A stretch of 64,000 bases of DNA, from positions 56,978,001-57,042,000 of the forward strand of contig OY740781.1 in NCBI GenBank assembly GCA_963514005.1. The letters run 5' to 3'. The notes below the pieces were generated by a model. It was given only the letters and a program-made list of their open reading frames with translations. It ran no database searches and was not told where the DNA came from. Shown piece after piece: positions 1-13,009 of the stretch. The position numbers and the translations under genes are program-made. Each line of letters starts with the position of its first letter. The stretch's first letter is position 1. The stretch comes from Raja brachyura (taxonomy: Eukaryota).

Positions 1-80
1 TACAATAGTGGGTGGTATTGCAGAGAGTGAGGATGGATGTCAAAAATTGCAGCAGGATCATGATTGATTGGCCAGGTGGT

Positions 81-312
81 CAGAGCAATGTTTGGTGCTC
101 GATGCTGGGACTTCAGTTATTTACAATATATATTAATGAATTAGACAAGGGAATTAAATGTGATATCACCAAGTTTGCGGATGACACAAAGCTGGGTGGC
201 AGTGTGTGCTGTAATGAGGATGCTATGAGGCTGCAGGGTGACTTGGATAAGTTGGGTGAGTGGGCAGATGCATTGCAGATGCAGTATAATGTGGATAAAT
301 GTGAGGTTATTG
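81..312 (+). mobile_element. CR1-clade LINE fragment (RT domain)
   Basis: ORF 12-323 contains LFTIYINELD..KFADDTKLGG..YNVDKCEVI, typical CR1 RT motifs; truncated on both sides. Confidence 0.85.
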
Positions 313-860
313 GGACTTGTTAATTGGGACTTGTTGGTCAATGTGAGTTGTTGGGACAAAGGGGCTGATTCCACTGCAGGATTAAAATGCAGGTTTGTAT
401 TGGTTGTAGGAGAGGGGTTTCCTCTGGCTGCTAGCTGATGAAGAAAAATCATTCGGGCCTCCCTTCCCGGTTAAAAAAAAATTCCTGGACCATTGCGTCG
501 CTGGATTGAACTTAAATGCGACTAAAAACGCATTCAACGCCTTCAACTTCACGGATCGCAATATCAGGACAAAAACAAAGGTATGTCGTTTATTTAACAC
601 ATTATTCTGCTTTTTGGTGTGGGTTCATTTTAATCTTATGTTGCGCAAAAAGGTTATTTAGGCCCACATATGAATCGGTCGAGTCTTGACTGCTGATATG
701 TGCTTAGATTTATGGCAACGGCAACATTCCAATCGATCACATTCCAGAAACATCCATTCTCAAGATAATCAAATTCATTATTTTTAGCACAATCATGTCA
801 TAAGAACATCTAAATTGTCTATATTTTGTGTTATTGTCCATCCATGAAGGTATCCATCCA

Positions 861-987
861 TTTGAGGGTATGAGACGTGAATTGGCCAAGATAGACTGGC
901 AATTGATTCTTAACGGGTTGACGGTGGATGTGCAATGGAAGGCATTTAATAAAGAATAAATCAGGGAAGGTAGTGCATGCATGGATG

Positions 988-1020
<33 letters not shown>

Positions 1021-3911
1021 TATTTTATTGTCATTACACATAAGTGCAACGAGATTTGGTTTGCAACTTCCATCCGGTGTCATAACTTAATCGACAAATA
1101 AAATTTAGGTTTAGGTACCCCGAGAACAAGGTTTGTAAAAACGAACATTAGACCAGTAAAGTCAACACAGACTAAAGTGTGAGGCCAGGGGAGACAGTCC
1201 ATGGGGGTGGGGGGGGGGGTACTCAGCAGGGCCAGTTATAGCTCTGGGAATGAAGCTGTTCCTGAGTCTGGAGGTGTGGGCGTAGAAGGCCTTGTAACGC
1301 CTGCCGGAAGGGAGTAGTTTGAACAGTCCATTACAAGGGTGAGAGGAGTCTTTATGGATGCTGATGGCCTTACTGAGGCACCGTGTGTGGTAGATGCCCT
1401 CCAAGGCTGGTAGCGGTGTCCCAATAATCTTTTGCGCTCTGTGGACGACGCGCTGAAGATCTCTGCTCTCTGCCTCCATGCAACTGAGATACCACACAGA
1501 GATGCCATACGTTAGTATGCTCTCTGTCGTGCAGCGGTAGAAGGTCGTCAGCAGCTGTTGGGGTAGACCAGTCCGTTTCAATGTTCTTAGGAAGAACAGT
1601 CGTTGCTGTGCCTTTTTGACTGGCGCAGCAGTGTTGGTGGACCATGTGAGGTCCTCTGAGATGGGAGTGCCCAGAAACCTGAAGCTGGACACTCTCTCCA
1701 CACTGTCCCCGTAGATGGAGATTGGGGTATATTCCCCATTCTGTGACCTCCTGAAGTTGATAATCAGCTCCTTGGTCTTGGAGGTGTTTAGAGACAAGTT
1801 GTTCTGTGAGCACCAGTCCGCCAGGTTCTGCACCTCTGCTCTATAGTTTGTTTCATCACCGTTGGTCATCAGTCCGATCACCGTTGTGTCGTCTGCAAAC
1901 TTGGCAATGGTGTTGTTGTCGAATGCAGGGACACAGTCGTGGGTGAAGAGGGAGTAGAGCATGGGGCATGGGGCATAACAAGGGAAATCAGGGATAGTAT
2001 CAAAACAAAAGATGAAGCATACAAATTAGCCAGAAAAAGCCACCTACCAGAGGACTGGGAGAAATGCAGAGTTCATCAGAGGAGGACAAAGGGATTAATT
2101 AGGAAAGGGAAAATAGATTATGAAAGAAAACTGGCAGGGAACATAAAAACTAACTGCAAACGTTTTTATAGATATGTGAAGAGAAAAGGATTAGTTAAAA
2201 CAAATGTAGGTCCCTTGCAGTCAGAAACAGGTGAATTGATCATGGGGAACAAGGACATGGCAGACCAATTGAATAACTACTTTGGTTCTGACTTCACTAA
2301 GGAAGACAAAAATAATTTGTCGGAAATAGCAGGGGACCAGGGGTCAAATGAGATTGAACTGAGTGAAATCCAGGTTAGCCGGGAAGTGGTGTTAGGTAAA
2401 TTGAATGGATTAAAGGCCAATAAATCCCCAGGGCCAGATAGGCTGCATCGCAGGTACTTAAGGAAGTAGCTCCAGAAATAGTGGATGCATTAGTGATAAT
2501 TTTTTCAAAACTCTTTAGATTCTGGAGTAGTTCCTGAGGATTGGAGGGTAGCTAGTGTAACCCCACTTTTTAAAAAGGGAGGGAGAGAGAAAACGGGGAA
2601 TTACAGACCAGTTAGTCTAACATCGGTAGTGGGGAAACTGCTAGAGTCAGCTATTAAAGATGGAATAGCAGCGCATTTGGAAAGTGGTGAAATCGTTGGA
2701 CAAAGTAAGCATGGATTTATGAAAGGTAAATCATGTCTGACGAATCTTATAGAATTTTTCGAGGATGTAATGAGTAGAGTGGATAAGGGAGGACCAGTGG
2801 ATGTGTTATATCTGGACTTTCAGCAGGCTTTCGACAAGGTCCCACATAAGAGATTAGTATGCAAACTTAAAGCACACGGTATTAGGGGTTCAGTATTGAT
2901 GTGGAAAGAGAACTGGCTGGCAAACAGGAAGCAAAGAGTAGGAGTAAACGGGTCCTTTTCAGTATGGCAGGCGGTGACTAGTGGGGTACCGCAAGGCTCG
3001 GTGCTGGGACCCAGCTATTTACAATATATATTAATGATTTGGACAAAGGAATTGAATGCAACATCTCCAAGTTTGCGGATTACACAAAGCTGGGTGGGCA
3101 GTGTTAGCTGTGGGGAGGATGCTAGGAGGTTGCAAGGTGACTTGCATAGGTTGGGTGAGTGGGCAAATGCATGGCAGATTAAGTATAAAGTGGATAAATG
3201 TGAGGTTATCGACTTTGGTGGCAAAAACAGGAAAGTAGACTATTATTTGAGTGGTGGCCGTTTAGGAAAAGGGGAGATGCAACAAGACCTGGGTGTCATG
3301 GTGCACCAGTCGGCATGCAGGTGCAGCTGGCAGTGAAGAAAGCGAATGGTATGTTGGCATTCATAGCAAAAGGATTTGAGTATAGGAGCAGGGAGGTTCT
3401 ACTGCTGTTGTACAGGGTCTTGGTGAAACCACACCTGTAGTATTGCGTACAGTTTTGGTCTCCTAATCTGAGGAAAGACATTCTTGCCATAGAGGGAGTA
3501 CAGAGAAGGTTCACCAGACTGATTCCTGGGATGTCAGGACTTTCATATGAAGAAAGATTAGATAGACTTGGCATGTACTCGCTAGAATTTAGAAGATTGA
3601 GGGGGGATCTTATAGAAACTTACAAAATTCTTAAAGGGTTGGACAGGCTAGATGCAGGAAGATTGTTCCCGATGTTGGGGAAGTCCAGAACAAGAGGTCA
3701 CAGTTTAAGGATAAGGGGGGAAGGTAGTTGAGGGCAGTTGATAGGCTATATTTAAGAGATGTGGCCCTTGTGGCTAAGGGGATCAGGGGGTATGGAGAGA
3801 AAGCAGGTACGGGATACTGAGTTGAATGATCAGCCATGATTATATTGAATGGCGGTGCAGGCTCGAAGGGCTGAATGGACTACTCCTGCACCTATTTTCT
3901 ATGTTTCTATG
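861..3911 (+). mobile_element. 5'-truncated CR1 LINE, ORF2 pseudogene with frameshifts, split by Rex1
   Basis: FEGMRRELAKIDW..GKVVHAW at 861-984 continues after 1975 as ITREIRDS; KSPGPD, NYRPVSLTS, GVPQGSVLGP, RPHL.YC.QFWSP; 3' tail ctatgtttctatg. Confidence 0.95.
989..1975 (-). mobile_element. Rex1/Babar-clade LINE 3' fragment nested in CR1
   Basis: ORF 1162-1962: LYSLFTHDC..KFADDTTVIGL..KKAQQRLFFLR..FYRCTTESIL..LLPSGRRY; (TAA)n at ~989-1020 is its 3' tail. Confidence 0.9.
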
Positions 3912-4380
3912 ATCAATATTTTCATACAAAATATCCACAGTACCATATTAGTCAGATGTATTGCGCAAAAAATAATGTTTTTGATTATCTTGAGAGTGGG
4001 TGTTTTTGGATTAATTTATGGGAATTAACCATTAAATTCCTTCCATTTGGCATATAAATTCATGATAAAGTGAGATTTAAAAATCGTGTTATATTGTGAA
4101 TTCTTGTGTGAATGGGATTAGTATGTTATTTGTTATTTGGATACTTAGGCTATTTAAAAATGTTAGCCTTTTCTTAAGAAATGGATAGATGTTTAGATCT
4201 AGTAAATGAATTTGGATGAATTTAATTGATTTGATGAAACTGATGAATATGAATTTTTGTTGGTTATTTACTCTTTGTTTTAGCGTTTAAATTTATCATT
4301 TCTTTTTTTCTAAAACTGTAAATAATAACTTGTTTCTGTTAATGCTGTTAAGTGTTTTTTTTTCTTTACATTTTAAACAG

Positions 4381-4714
4381 ATGTCTCCGAAGAAGGAAAG
4401 AAAAATTGTCAATCCAAATGCCCAGCAAAAGAGACTGATTTAGACAGCATTCACAGAGATTATCTGAATTTGAACTACTCCAAATATGATGATCTACAGC
4501 ACATATTTAATGGGAAAGTAGTGGGCAGAAAGGCATGTTATGCATGGTTTGAAGAGCAAAAACTTGTAGTTTACAATGCCAAATTGAAAAGTTGAAGAAA
4601 AACAAGGTGTACAGAGTTGCTTAGTGGTTACAATCTGATGATGCTACTGAATATGATATGCCAATGTACCAGCTAGCAACTGATCCTCTCCATAAAGACT
4701 TGGTCTTTTGCTAG
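4381..4714 (+). pseudogene. Decayed terminal exon of putative transposase with Spin/Ssty (Tudor-like) resemblance
   Basis: Polypyrimidine tract + AG at 4379-4380. Frame from 4383: VSEEGKKNCQ..VVGRKACYAWFEEQKLVVYNAK, frameshift at ~4583, IEKLKKNKVYRVA*WLQSDDATEYDMPMYQLATDPLHKDLVFC, stop 4712-4714; ATTAAA at 4770. Confidence 0.6.
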
Positions 4715-5867
4715 AAATTGTAATTGCTTTACCTATCTGTTACAGACTTACAGAATATAATACAATAATATTAAAGTTCTGATCTTGAGAATATCACATT
4801 TTTGAATTATCAATGTAGTCTGGGTGTTTATTACTATTTCAGTCAAACGGTCAATTTTGTAATTAGCTACAATTAGGTAATTAACTAATTATATGCTTTA
4901 ATTTCAGGTCATCCAAGTAAAATGATTCATATTTGTTTCAGAATGCTTCAGTCTATAATAACTGAAAATTCCATTCAGTTCTCTTAATTTTTAAGAAAGT
5001 TATGGGCTTTTGACTGTCCTCAATCACAGCTTTTGTGTTAAGTCAATGGAAAAGCAATAGGGAAAAAGATGCTAATTTCCGAGTCTGAAAATGACCGTAA
5101 CTTTTTTAATACTGAAGATATGAAAGTAAACTAGGTATAAAATTAAAGTTCTTTTTATGCTTTATCTGATGGGATAAATTAAAGGCAATTTTTAAAATCT
5201 CAAAATTTTGTAACATTCCTACTGTAAGCAGCTTTAATTTTGTGATATTTTGTCCAACTGTTGCTCCTAAATCCAGTAGATTCTGTATTAAAATGATTTA
5301 AAACATTTGAAGGTCAGGCTCCTTATCTGGTCAATAGACCAATCCATTACTATATTTGTTATAAATTTGCTGGAAAATCACACGCATCAACTTGTATTGC
5401 CTTGGGAACCAGGAAAGATTTATCTGAACTTATAAACATTCAATGTTTTTGAGACTTTTCTCAAGTCCTAAAATAGGAAAAAAAAAAAAAAAAATTTGGG
5501 GATAAAGTAAAAACCAAAATATGGACAATTAAAATCTAAACTGAATAATATTCCAAAAATCAAATCGACACTTAATCAACATCTTGGTGCTAAACCGATA
5601 CATATAATTTAATGAATAATTGCTGAGAGGATAAATATATGTTTTTGATTCTTAGTCTGGTGAATGGAGACATGCATGGAATCTTGACCTCACTGAACAC
5701 ATATCCCTGACCATGCAGTTGTTCCAGGATACAAGAGAGAGTCAAGAGAGCGAGTCAAGAATGTTTAATTGTCATATGTACCAACAACGGAGCAATGAAA
5801 TTCTTACTTGTCCTAGGTAGCTGCACAACGTAGGAACTGTTGAAGCTCAATTTTGAAATTTGAATAA

Positions 5868-6062
5868 CAGTGGTGCAGCAGTAGAGTTGCTGCCTTACAG
5901 TGTCAGAGACCCAGGTTCGATCCTGACTTTGTACATTTCCCTGTGACTGCGTGGATTTCCTCCCTTACTCCAAAGATGCACAGGTGTATAGGTTAATTGG
6001 CTTCTGTAAATTGTAAATTATCCATGGTGTGTCGGATAGTGCTCGTGTATGGAATGATCACT
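5868..6062 (+). mobile_element. HE1-like tRNA-derived SINE (partial)
   Basis: A-box-like tggtgcagcagtag, B-box ggttcgatcc, then V-SINE-like core (gtgactgcgtgg..ctccaaagatg..aggttaattgg). Confidence 0.8.
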
Positions 6063-8584
6063 AGACAATAGACAATAGGTGCAGGAGCAGGCCATTCGGC
6101 CCTTCGATCCGTCACTGCCATTCAATATGATCATGGCTGATCATCCCCAATCAGTACCCCGTTTCTGCCTTCTCGCCATATCCCCTGACTCTTCTATCTT
6201 TAAGAGCTCTATCTAACTGTCTCTTGAAAGCATCTAGAGAATTGGCCTCCACTGCCTTCTGGGGCGGAGAATTCCTCAGATTCAAAACTCTCTGGGTGAA
6301 AAAAATGTCCTATCTCCGTTCTAAATGGCTGTCCCCTTATTCTTAATCTGTAGCCCCTGTTTCTGGATTCCACCAACATCGGGAACATGTTCCCTGCCTC
6401 TAGCGTGTCCAATCCTTTAATAATCTTATATGTTTCAGTAAGATGTCCTCTCATCCTAAATTCAAGAGTATACAAGCCCAGCCGCTCCATTCTATCAACA
6501 TATGACAGTCCCGCCATCCCGGGAATTAACCTTGTGAACCTCCGCTGCACTCCCTCAACAGCAAGAATGTCCTTCCTCAAATTTGGAGACCAAAACTGGA
6601 CACAATACTCCAGGTGTGGTCTCACTAGGGCCCTGTACAATTGCAGAAGGACCTCTTTGCTCCTATACTCAACTCCTCTTCTTATGAAGGCCAACATGCC
6701 ATTCGCTTTCTTCACTGCCTGCATTACCTGCATGCTTACTTTCAGTGACTGATGAATAAGGACCCCCAAATCTCGTTGTACTTCACCTTTTCCCAACTTG
6801 ACACCGTTCAGATAATAATCTGCCTTCCTGTTTTTGCCACCACAGTGGATAACCTCACATTTATCCACATTAAACTGAATCTGCCCACTCACCCACCCTG
6901 TCCAAGTCACCCTGCATTCTCACAGCATCCTCCTCACAGTTCACACTGCCACCCAGCTTTGTGTCATTTGCAAATTTGCACATTTTACTTTTAATCCCTT
7001 TATCTAAATCATTAATGTATATTGTAAATAGCTGCGGCCCCAGCACCGAGCCTTGCAGTACCCCACTGGTCACTGCCTGCCAATCTGAAAGGGACCCGTT
7101 AATACCTACTCTTTGTTTCCTGTCTGCCAACCAATTTTCTATCCAGGTCAGCACTCTACGACACTCCATGTGCCCTAATTTTGCACACTAATCTCCTATG
7201 TGGGATCTTATGAAATGCTTTCTGAAAGTCCAGGTACACTACATCCACTGGCTCTCCCTTGTCCATTTTCCTAGTTACATCCTCAAAAAATTCCAGTAGA
7301 TTAGTCAAACATTATTTCCCCTTCATAAATCCATGCTGACTCGAACCGATCCTGTTACTTCTATCCAAATGTGCCGCTATTTCATCTTTTATAATTGACT
7401 CCAGCATCTTCCCCACCACCGATGTCAGGCTAACAGGTCTATAATTCCTTGTTTTCTCTCTCCTGCTTTTCTTAAAAAGTGGGATAACATTAGCTACCCA
7501 CCGAACCACAGGAACTGATCCTAAATCTATAGAACATTGGAAAATTATCACCAATGCGTCCACGGTTACTAGAGAGTGCCTTGGGATGCAGACCACCAGG
7601 CCCTGGGGATTTATAAGACTTCAGTCCCATCACTCTACCCAACACTATTTCCTGCCTAATGTGGATTTCCTTCAGTTTCTCCACAGATCCTCTGGCCACA
7701 GATCCTCTGGCCACTACTATATCACAAAGATTGTTTGTGTCCTCCTTAGTGAAGACGGATCCAAAGTACCTGTTCAACTCATCTGCCATTTCCTGGTTCC
7801 CCATAATAAATTAGACAATAGGTGCAGGAGTCGACCATTCGGCCCTTCAAGCCAGCACCGCCATTCAATGTGATCATGGCTGATAATCTCCAATTAGTAC
7901 CCCGTTCCTGCCTTCTCCCCATATCCTTGACTCCGCTATCTTTAAGAGCCCTATCTAGCTCTCTCTTGAAAGTATCCAGAGAACCAACCTCCACCGCGCT
8001 CTGAGGCAGAGAATTCCACAGATTCACCACTCTCTGTGAGAAAATGTTTCCGCGTCTCCGTTCTAAATGGCTTACCCCTTATTCTTAAACTGTGGCCCCT
8101 GGTCCTGGACTCCCCCAACATCGGGAACATGTTTCCTGCCTCTAGAATGTCCGAACCCTTAACAATCTTATATGTTTCAATAAGATACCCTCTCATCCTT
8201 CTAAACTCCAGAGTGTACAAGCTCAGCCGCTCCATTCTCTCAGCATATAACAGTCCCGCCATCCCGGGAATTAACCTTGTAAACCTACGCTGCACTCCCT
8301 CAATAGCAAGAATGTCCTTCCTCAAATTAGGGGACCAAAACTGCACACAATACTCCAAATGTGGTCTCACCAGGGCCCTGTACAACTGCAGAAGGACATA
8401 TTTGCTCCTATACTCTACTTCTCTTGTTATAAAGGTCAACATGCCATTTGATTTCTTCACTGCCTGCTGTACCTGCATGCTTACTTTCATAGACTGATGA
8501 ACAAGGACCCCCAGATCCCGTTGTACTTCCCCTTTTTCTGTCACCTCGTTCTGTCTTCAAGGGACCCACATTTGTCTTAACTAG
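6063..8584 (-). mobile_element. CR1 LINE (6063-7811 + 8541-8584) interrupted by a second CR1
   Basis: Minus-strand ORF2 fragments; tagacaa tail at 6062-6077; joining across the insert restores GPLKTERG-EFIMGNQEMADELN. Confidence 0.9.
7812..8540 (-). mobile_element. Nested CR1 3' fragment
   Basis: ORF 7951-8544 GEVQRDLGVLVHQS..RPHLEYCVQFWSP; own 3' end (agacaataggtgcagg) at 7813. Confidence 0.9.
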
Positions 8585-8927
8585 TCGACGTGGACTCTGA
8601 TGTTCTCTGATCTCCTCCCACATGCCAATGTTTTGCTGCTGGTAGGTTAATTGACTTTTATGAAGAACCAGGGAAATCAATAATATGGGATCAGGCAATT
8701 GTTTCTGTGGTGATGAATGTGATTCCGTTATGGGGTGTAATTTCCCATTTACCATGATCCAGCATATAACTGAGAGGTTGCAAAAAATCTTCTAAGGAGG
8801 AGCATGAACACTCTGAACCCTACCATTCACTATTATCAGTAAAATGAGATCCTGCATAAATGAGGTTGAGACATGATGCCATTTGACTTGGCATGATGGA
8901 CAAGTGGGCCGAAGGGCCTGATTCCAA

Positions 8928-10330
8928 GATCATAATCATAATCATATTCATACTTTAATAGTTATCTCAAGGTGCAACTATAGCACATTCCTTTGTTTTT
9001 TGCATAAAAATCCAAAACATTTGGAATGAAATCTTTGACATTTTACAAAATTATTTAAAATAAAATTGAAACCTAACGCAGAATTGATTATTTTTGGAAC
9101 AATGGAAATTGGCTTTGAGCTGACTTTGTTCCAAAAAAGTTTCCTTAATTATGGATTCATAACGGCAAAAAAACCTCATACTTAAATTTTGGAAAAATGC
9201 ATCCACACCAATGGTAAAAATGTGGATTTCAAATATGTCCGAAATGTTACACCTCACAGACATGAGATTAGTTCTAGCAGGCAAATCAGACCAATTCTTA
9301 AAGATTTGGTCTCCATTTATCGACTTATTACAAGCATAGGGTGCAACATAACTTTGGAAATAAACTGTTTCAGGACCTGGTGGGTGTGTAAAGATATGAA
9401 GTAGGTACATCCCTATTATGCTATCTCATTTTCTTATATTTTCCTATTTTTATTTTTCTTTCTTTTATTCTTCCTTACGTTCTACATCTCTACGGGCTCT
9501 TTCTTTTCACTTTCTCACGTACTCACTAGTTTATCTAACTTTCTCTATTTCTCTTTTTCTTCCTTCTGCTACTTTCTTATTATTAAAGTTTAAAACAAGA
9601 AGGGGTACATGAATTGTATTATGTTATTTTTGGCTTATACTACTGTACTGTACATTACTTCTAATAAAAAGAAGAAAAAAAACCCAACTTTATTAGCCAA
9701 GTATGTTTTGCAACATACAAGGAATTTGATTTGCCGTACAGTCATACCAATAATAAGCAACAAGACACACAAAATACATTTTAACATAAACATCCGCCAC
9801 AGTGACTCCTCCACATTCCTCACTATGATGGAAGGCAAAAAAAAAGTTCAATCTCTTCCCTTCTTTGTTCTCCCGCAGTCGGGGGCCTTCCGTTGAGGGG
9901 ATGATCTTGGCTCCGTAGCCAGTGGTTGGACCCTTCGCATTGGGGCGATCAAGCTCCTGTATCGGGGGGGATCTCAGCTTCTCCATGCCGGGCGATCGGA
10001 CCCTGGGTCAAGGATAGTTGATCCTCCTGTGACTTTGGAGCTTCCCGACATCAGTCTCTACCCGAGACTGCAAGCTCCTCGATGTTGGAATCTGCAGGCC
10101 ATGGTTGGAGCATCCATCCCAGGCGGGGGATCGCAGGCTCTGATTGTAAGTTCACGGCCCTGCGGTGGGGCTCAAAGTCAGTCTCGAGCAAGGCCTCCAG
10201 CTCCATGATGTTAGGCCACAGAGCCACTGGATAAACGATCCTGAAAACAATTGCATCTCCGGCAAGGTAAGAGATTGAACAGAAGTTTCCCCCGACCCCC
10301 TCCCCCACCCCCCACATAAAACAAACCAGA
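8928..10330 (-). mobile_element. Non-autonomous GC-rich retroposon, split by the L1
   Basis: 9687-10330 is the reverse complement of ~57770-58380; its (atcata)n tail lies at 8928-8951, on the other side of the L1. Confidence 0.75.
8962..9686 (+). mobile_element. L1-clade LINE 3' fragment with poly(A) and ~10-bp TSD
   Basis: With frameshifts translates as ATIAHSFVFC..IIFG..AKKLILKFWKNASTP..W..FLKIWSPF; T-rich UTR, AATAAA + A-rich tail 9663-9682; TSD actttaatag 8952-8961 / actttattag 9687-9696. Confidence 0.8.
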
Positions 10331-11755
10331 TGTGTAGCTCTATGAATCTATAACTTGCTGAGTTCCTCCATCAGTTTGAATTTTGCTCCAAATTCCAGGG
10401 TCTGCAGTCTCTCGTGTCTCCATCATGCGAAATAAGGGTTGGTTATTTAATGAGGTAACATAAATGATTGATGGTTCTTAAATGCACTTAATGTTCCCCT
10501 CCCAGTTGTCAAGCTACGCACCTGCACCAGGCGCAATTTACAAAACAATTAATCCATCACCAGCTCAGCTTTGGCACATGGGAGGAGATCAGAGGGCAAC
10601 AGAGGAATGATCCATGTGCAAATTCCACACAACCATTATTAAACTTAAACTGGGTCTTTGGAGTGGTGCAGATGGAGTGCTACCTGTTGCATCACTGTGT
10701 TGTATCCATAAGGGAAATTGACTCCTTCCATGCTGTGAAAATTTTTATGATTGAATCATTTTACAAAAATATAGCATCGGGAAAATGGAACAACACTATG
10801 AAACTTAATAATCCTCCTTGGTGGAATCTAATTGATTTTGATGCCATGTTTAGCAAAACCACCATAATGTGGTTCTATTCACAGGACAACATACTCCCAG
10901 CCATTTCCTTAATAGCTGTATTTCGGAGGTTACAGCAATTCACAATTAAAATTAACCGTAATCACTATGTGATAGGCGTGGTTAAAAATATTACATGTTC
11001 GAACCAACATCCACTCAGATTAACAATCGTGTACCATAAATTTAAAGGTAAATCAGTTTTATCGTTTATCAATCCCTACAGAACTAGGTTACTCTTTGAC
11101 TTCACAGATGCCATTTGACTTGGCGTGGCCAAAATGGGCTGAATGCCGTGTTTCGATGACGTGTAGCTCTATGAATCTATAACTGGCTGAATTCCTCCAA
11201 CATTTTGGTTTTGTTCCAGATTCCAGCACAAGCAGTCTCTCGTGTCTCCAGTATGCTAACTTGGTATGTTAGTTAATGAGGTAACATAAATGGTTGATGG
11301 TTGTTGAATGCGCTTAAGGCATTTTAACAGAGTGACACATAATAAGCTTATCAGCAAAATTGCACAGTGAAGTGCAAAATGATACATTTATTTGGGTAGA
11401 ATGAGGAAAGAAAATATAATATAAAGCATCAGCTCTAATGAAAATTCACGATCAATGTCGTCTGAAAATTGAAACAGCAATGCAGCTTGAGACATTCATA
11501 AAATCCTTGGATTTTTAGTGGAGGCATACTCAAAATGCAGATAGAATGTGAAAGCTGAAGACAGAATGTAAGAAAACAATTAAATAACGTTCCTGCGGTA
11601 GAGAGACTTCAGACTGGAGACTTCTCCTAAGAGCAAAGAATAATAAGAAATAATTTGACAGATCTTGACTAAGTGAATGAGGAGAAACTGTTTCCATTGG
11701 CAGATGGTTGATTGAAGATGACTAGTAAAGGAACCAGGCATGATATGAGACACAA

Positions 11756-11962
11756 ATGTTCAGGAAGGAACTGGGTTACACAAAGATAGACACAAATTGC
11801 TGGAGTAACTCAGTGGGTCAGGCGGCATCTCTGGATAGAAGGAATATGTGACATTTTGAGTTGAGATCCTTCTTCAGAGTCTCGACCTGAAACATCACCC
11901 ATTCCTTCTATCCAGAGATGCTGCCTGTCCCGCTGAGTTACTCCAGCATTTTGTGTCTATCT
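11756..11962. mobile_element. Hairpin-shaped Penelope-derived short element
   Basis: Inverted arms gatagacacaaattgctggag.. / ..ctccagcattttgtgtctatc; TSD atgataYgagacacaa 11740-11755 / 11963-11978. Confidence 0.85.
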
Positions 11963-13009
11963 ATGATACGAGACACAATCTTTTTATGCAGTGAGTTGTC
12001 GTGATCAGGAATTCACTGGCTGCAAAAGATAGTGGAAGGACAATTCATTGCTGTTTTCAAAAGAGAACTGGATAAATACTAGGGAGTAAAACATTAAGGT
12101 CCATGGGGAAAGAGCTGGGAAATTGAACTTTCTGGATAGTACTTTCATAAAATAATACAGGTTCTTTAACCCACTGCATCTGACACTACCCATCAAGTAC
12201 CCACCTGCACCACACCTACACTAATCCCATTTCTCTACTTGCATCTCCATCACTTTTCTTACACACCTCCCCCTCCCAGTTATCATACTGCCATCTAAAC
12301 CAGGGGTAATTCATAAAATTCAATTAACCTACGTTGGCGTGTGGGGGAGATTGGAGAACATCAGAGGAATAAGCCATGTGCAAATTCCACACAGACAGTA
12401 CCCAACATGAGGATTAAACTTAAACTGGGTGTTTGTAGTGGTGCAGGCAGTGCTAACTTCTGAATCACTGAGCTGTATCCAAAAAGCAAATGGACTTCTA
12501 CTCTGCTGTAATAATTCCATGATTCAATCATCCTACAAAAAATAAAACATCTGGGAATTGGAGCTTCAATATCAAATTTAATAACAACCTCCTCAAAGGT
12601 GGAATCTAATGGAATTTGGTGTCATCTTTAAATTTAACTATAAATGTGTTCTATTGACAGCGAAACATATGCTCACCCTTTTCCTTAATAGCTGTATTTC
12701 AGAGGTTACAGAAATGCACAATTAAAATTTATAGCAATCACAATGCAATAGCCATGGTTAAAAATATGACAAGTTAGACCAACATTCACTCAGGTTAACT
12801 ATCTTGTAACAGAAATTTATACAGATAAATTAGTTTTATCTATGTTCAATACTCCACTTCCAAATAATCTGTGACCTACAGTCCAGAACCACGTGTTACT
12901 CAGGTAAGGAACTGAAGCATAGTCAGTGTTTGTGGAATTTATCCCAAAAGCAAGATTTTGTTGTTAGTAATAGAGGGATAGAAGATAAAACTGAGAAGCG
13001 GCAAAACCT

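Larger units (their letters stand above)
377..5221 (+). mobile_element. Long, interrupted copy of a TAG..CTA DNA transposon family (left terminus missing); hosts CR1 and Rex1 insertions at 861-3911
   Basis: 377-~760, 4010-4212 and 4853-5221 align by eye with the short copies at 47294-48333 and 52283-53326. Ends with the shared terminus ttgtaacattccta at 5221. Confidence 0.8.

Noticed and set aside
5868-5930. tRNA genes
   Set aside because: The A/B boxes are SINE heads followed by SINE core; no complete cloverleaf (also 13010, 63143).
6387-8497. Plus-strand ORFs 'MFPAS..IPGINLVNLRCTPS'
   Set aside because: Antisense shadows of CR1 ORF2, recurring at each CR1 copy.
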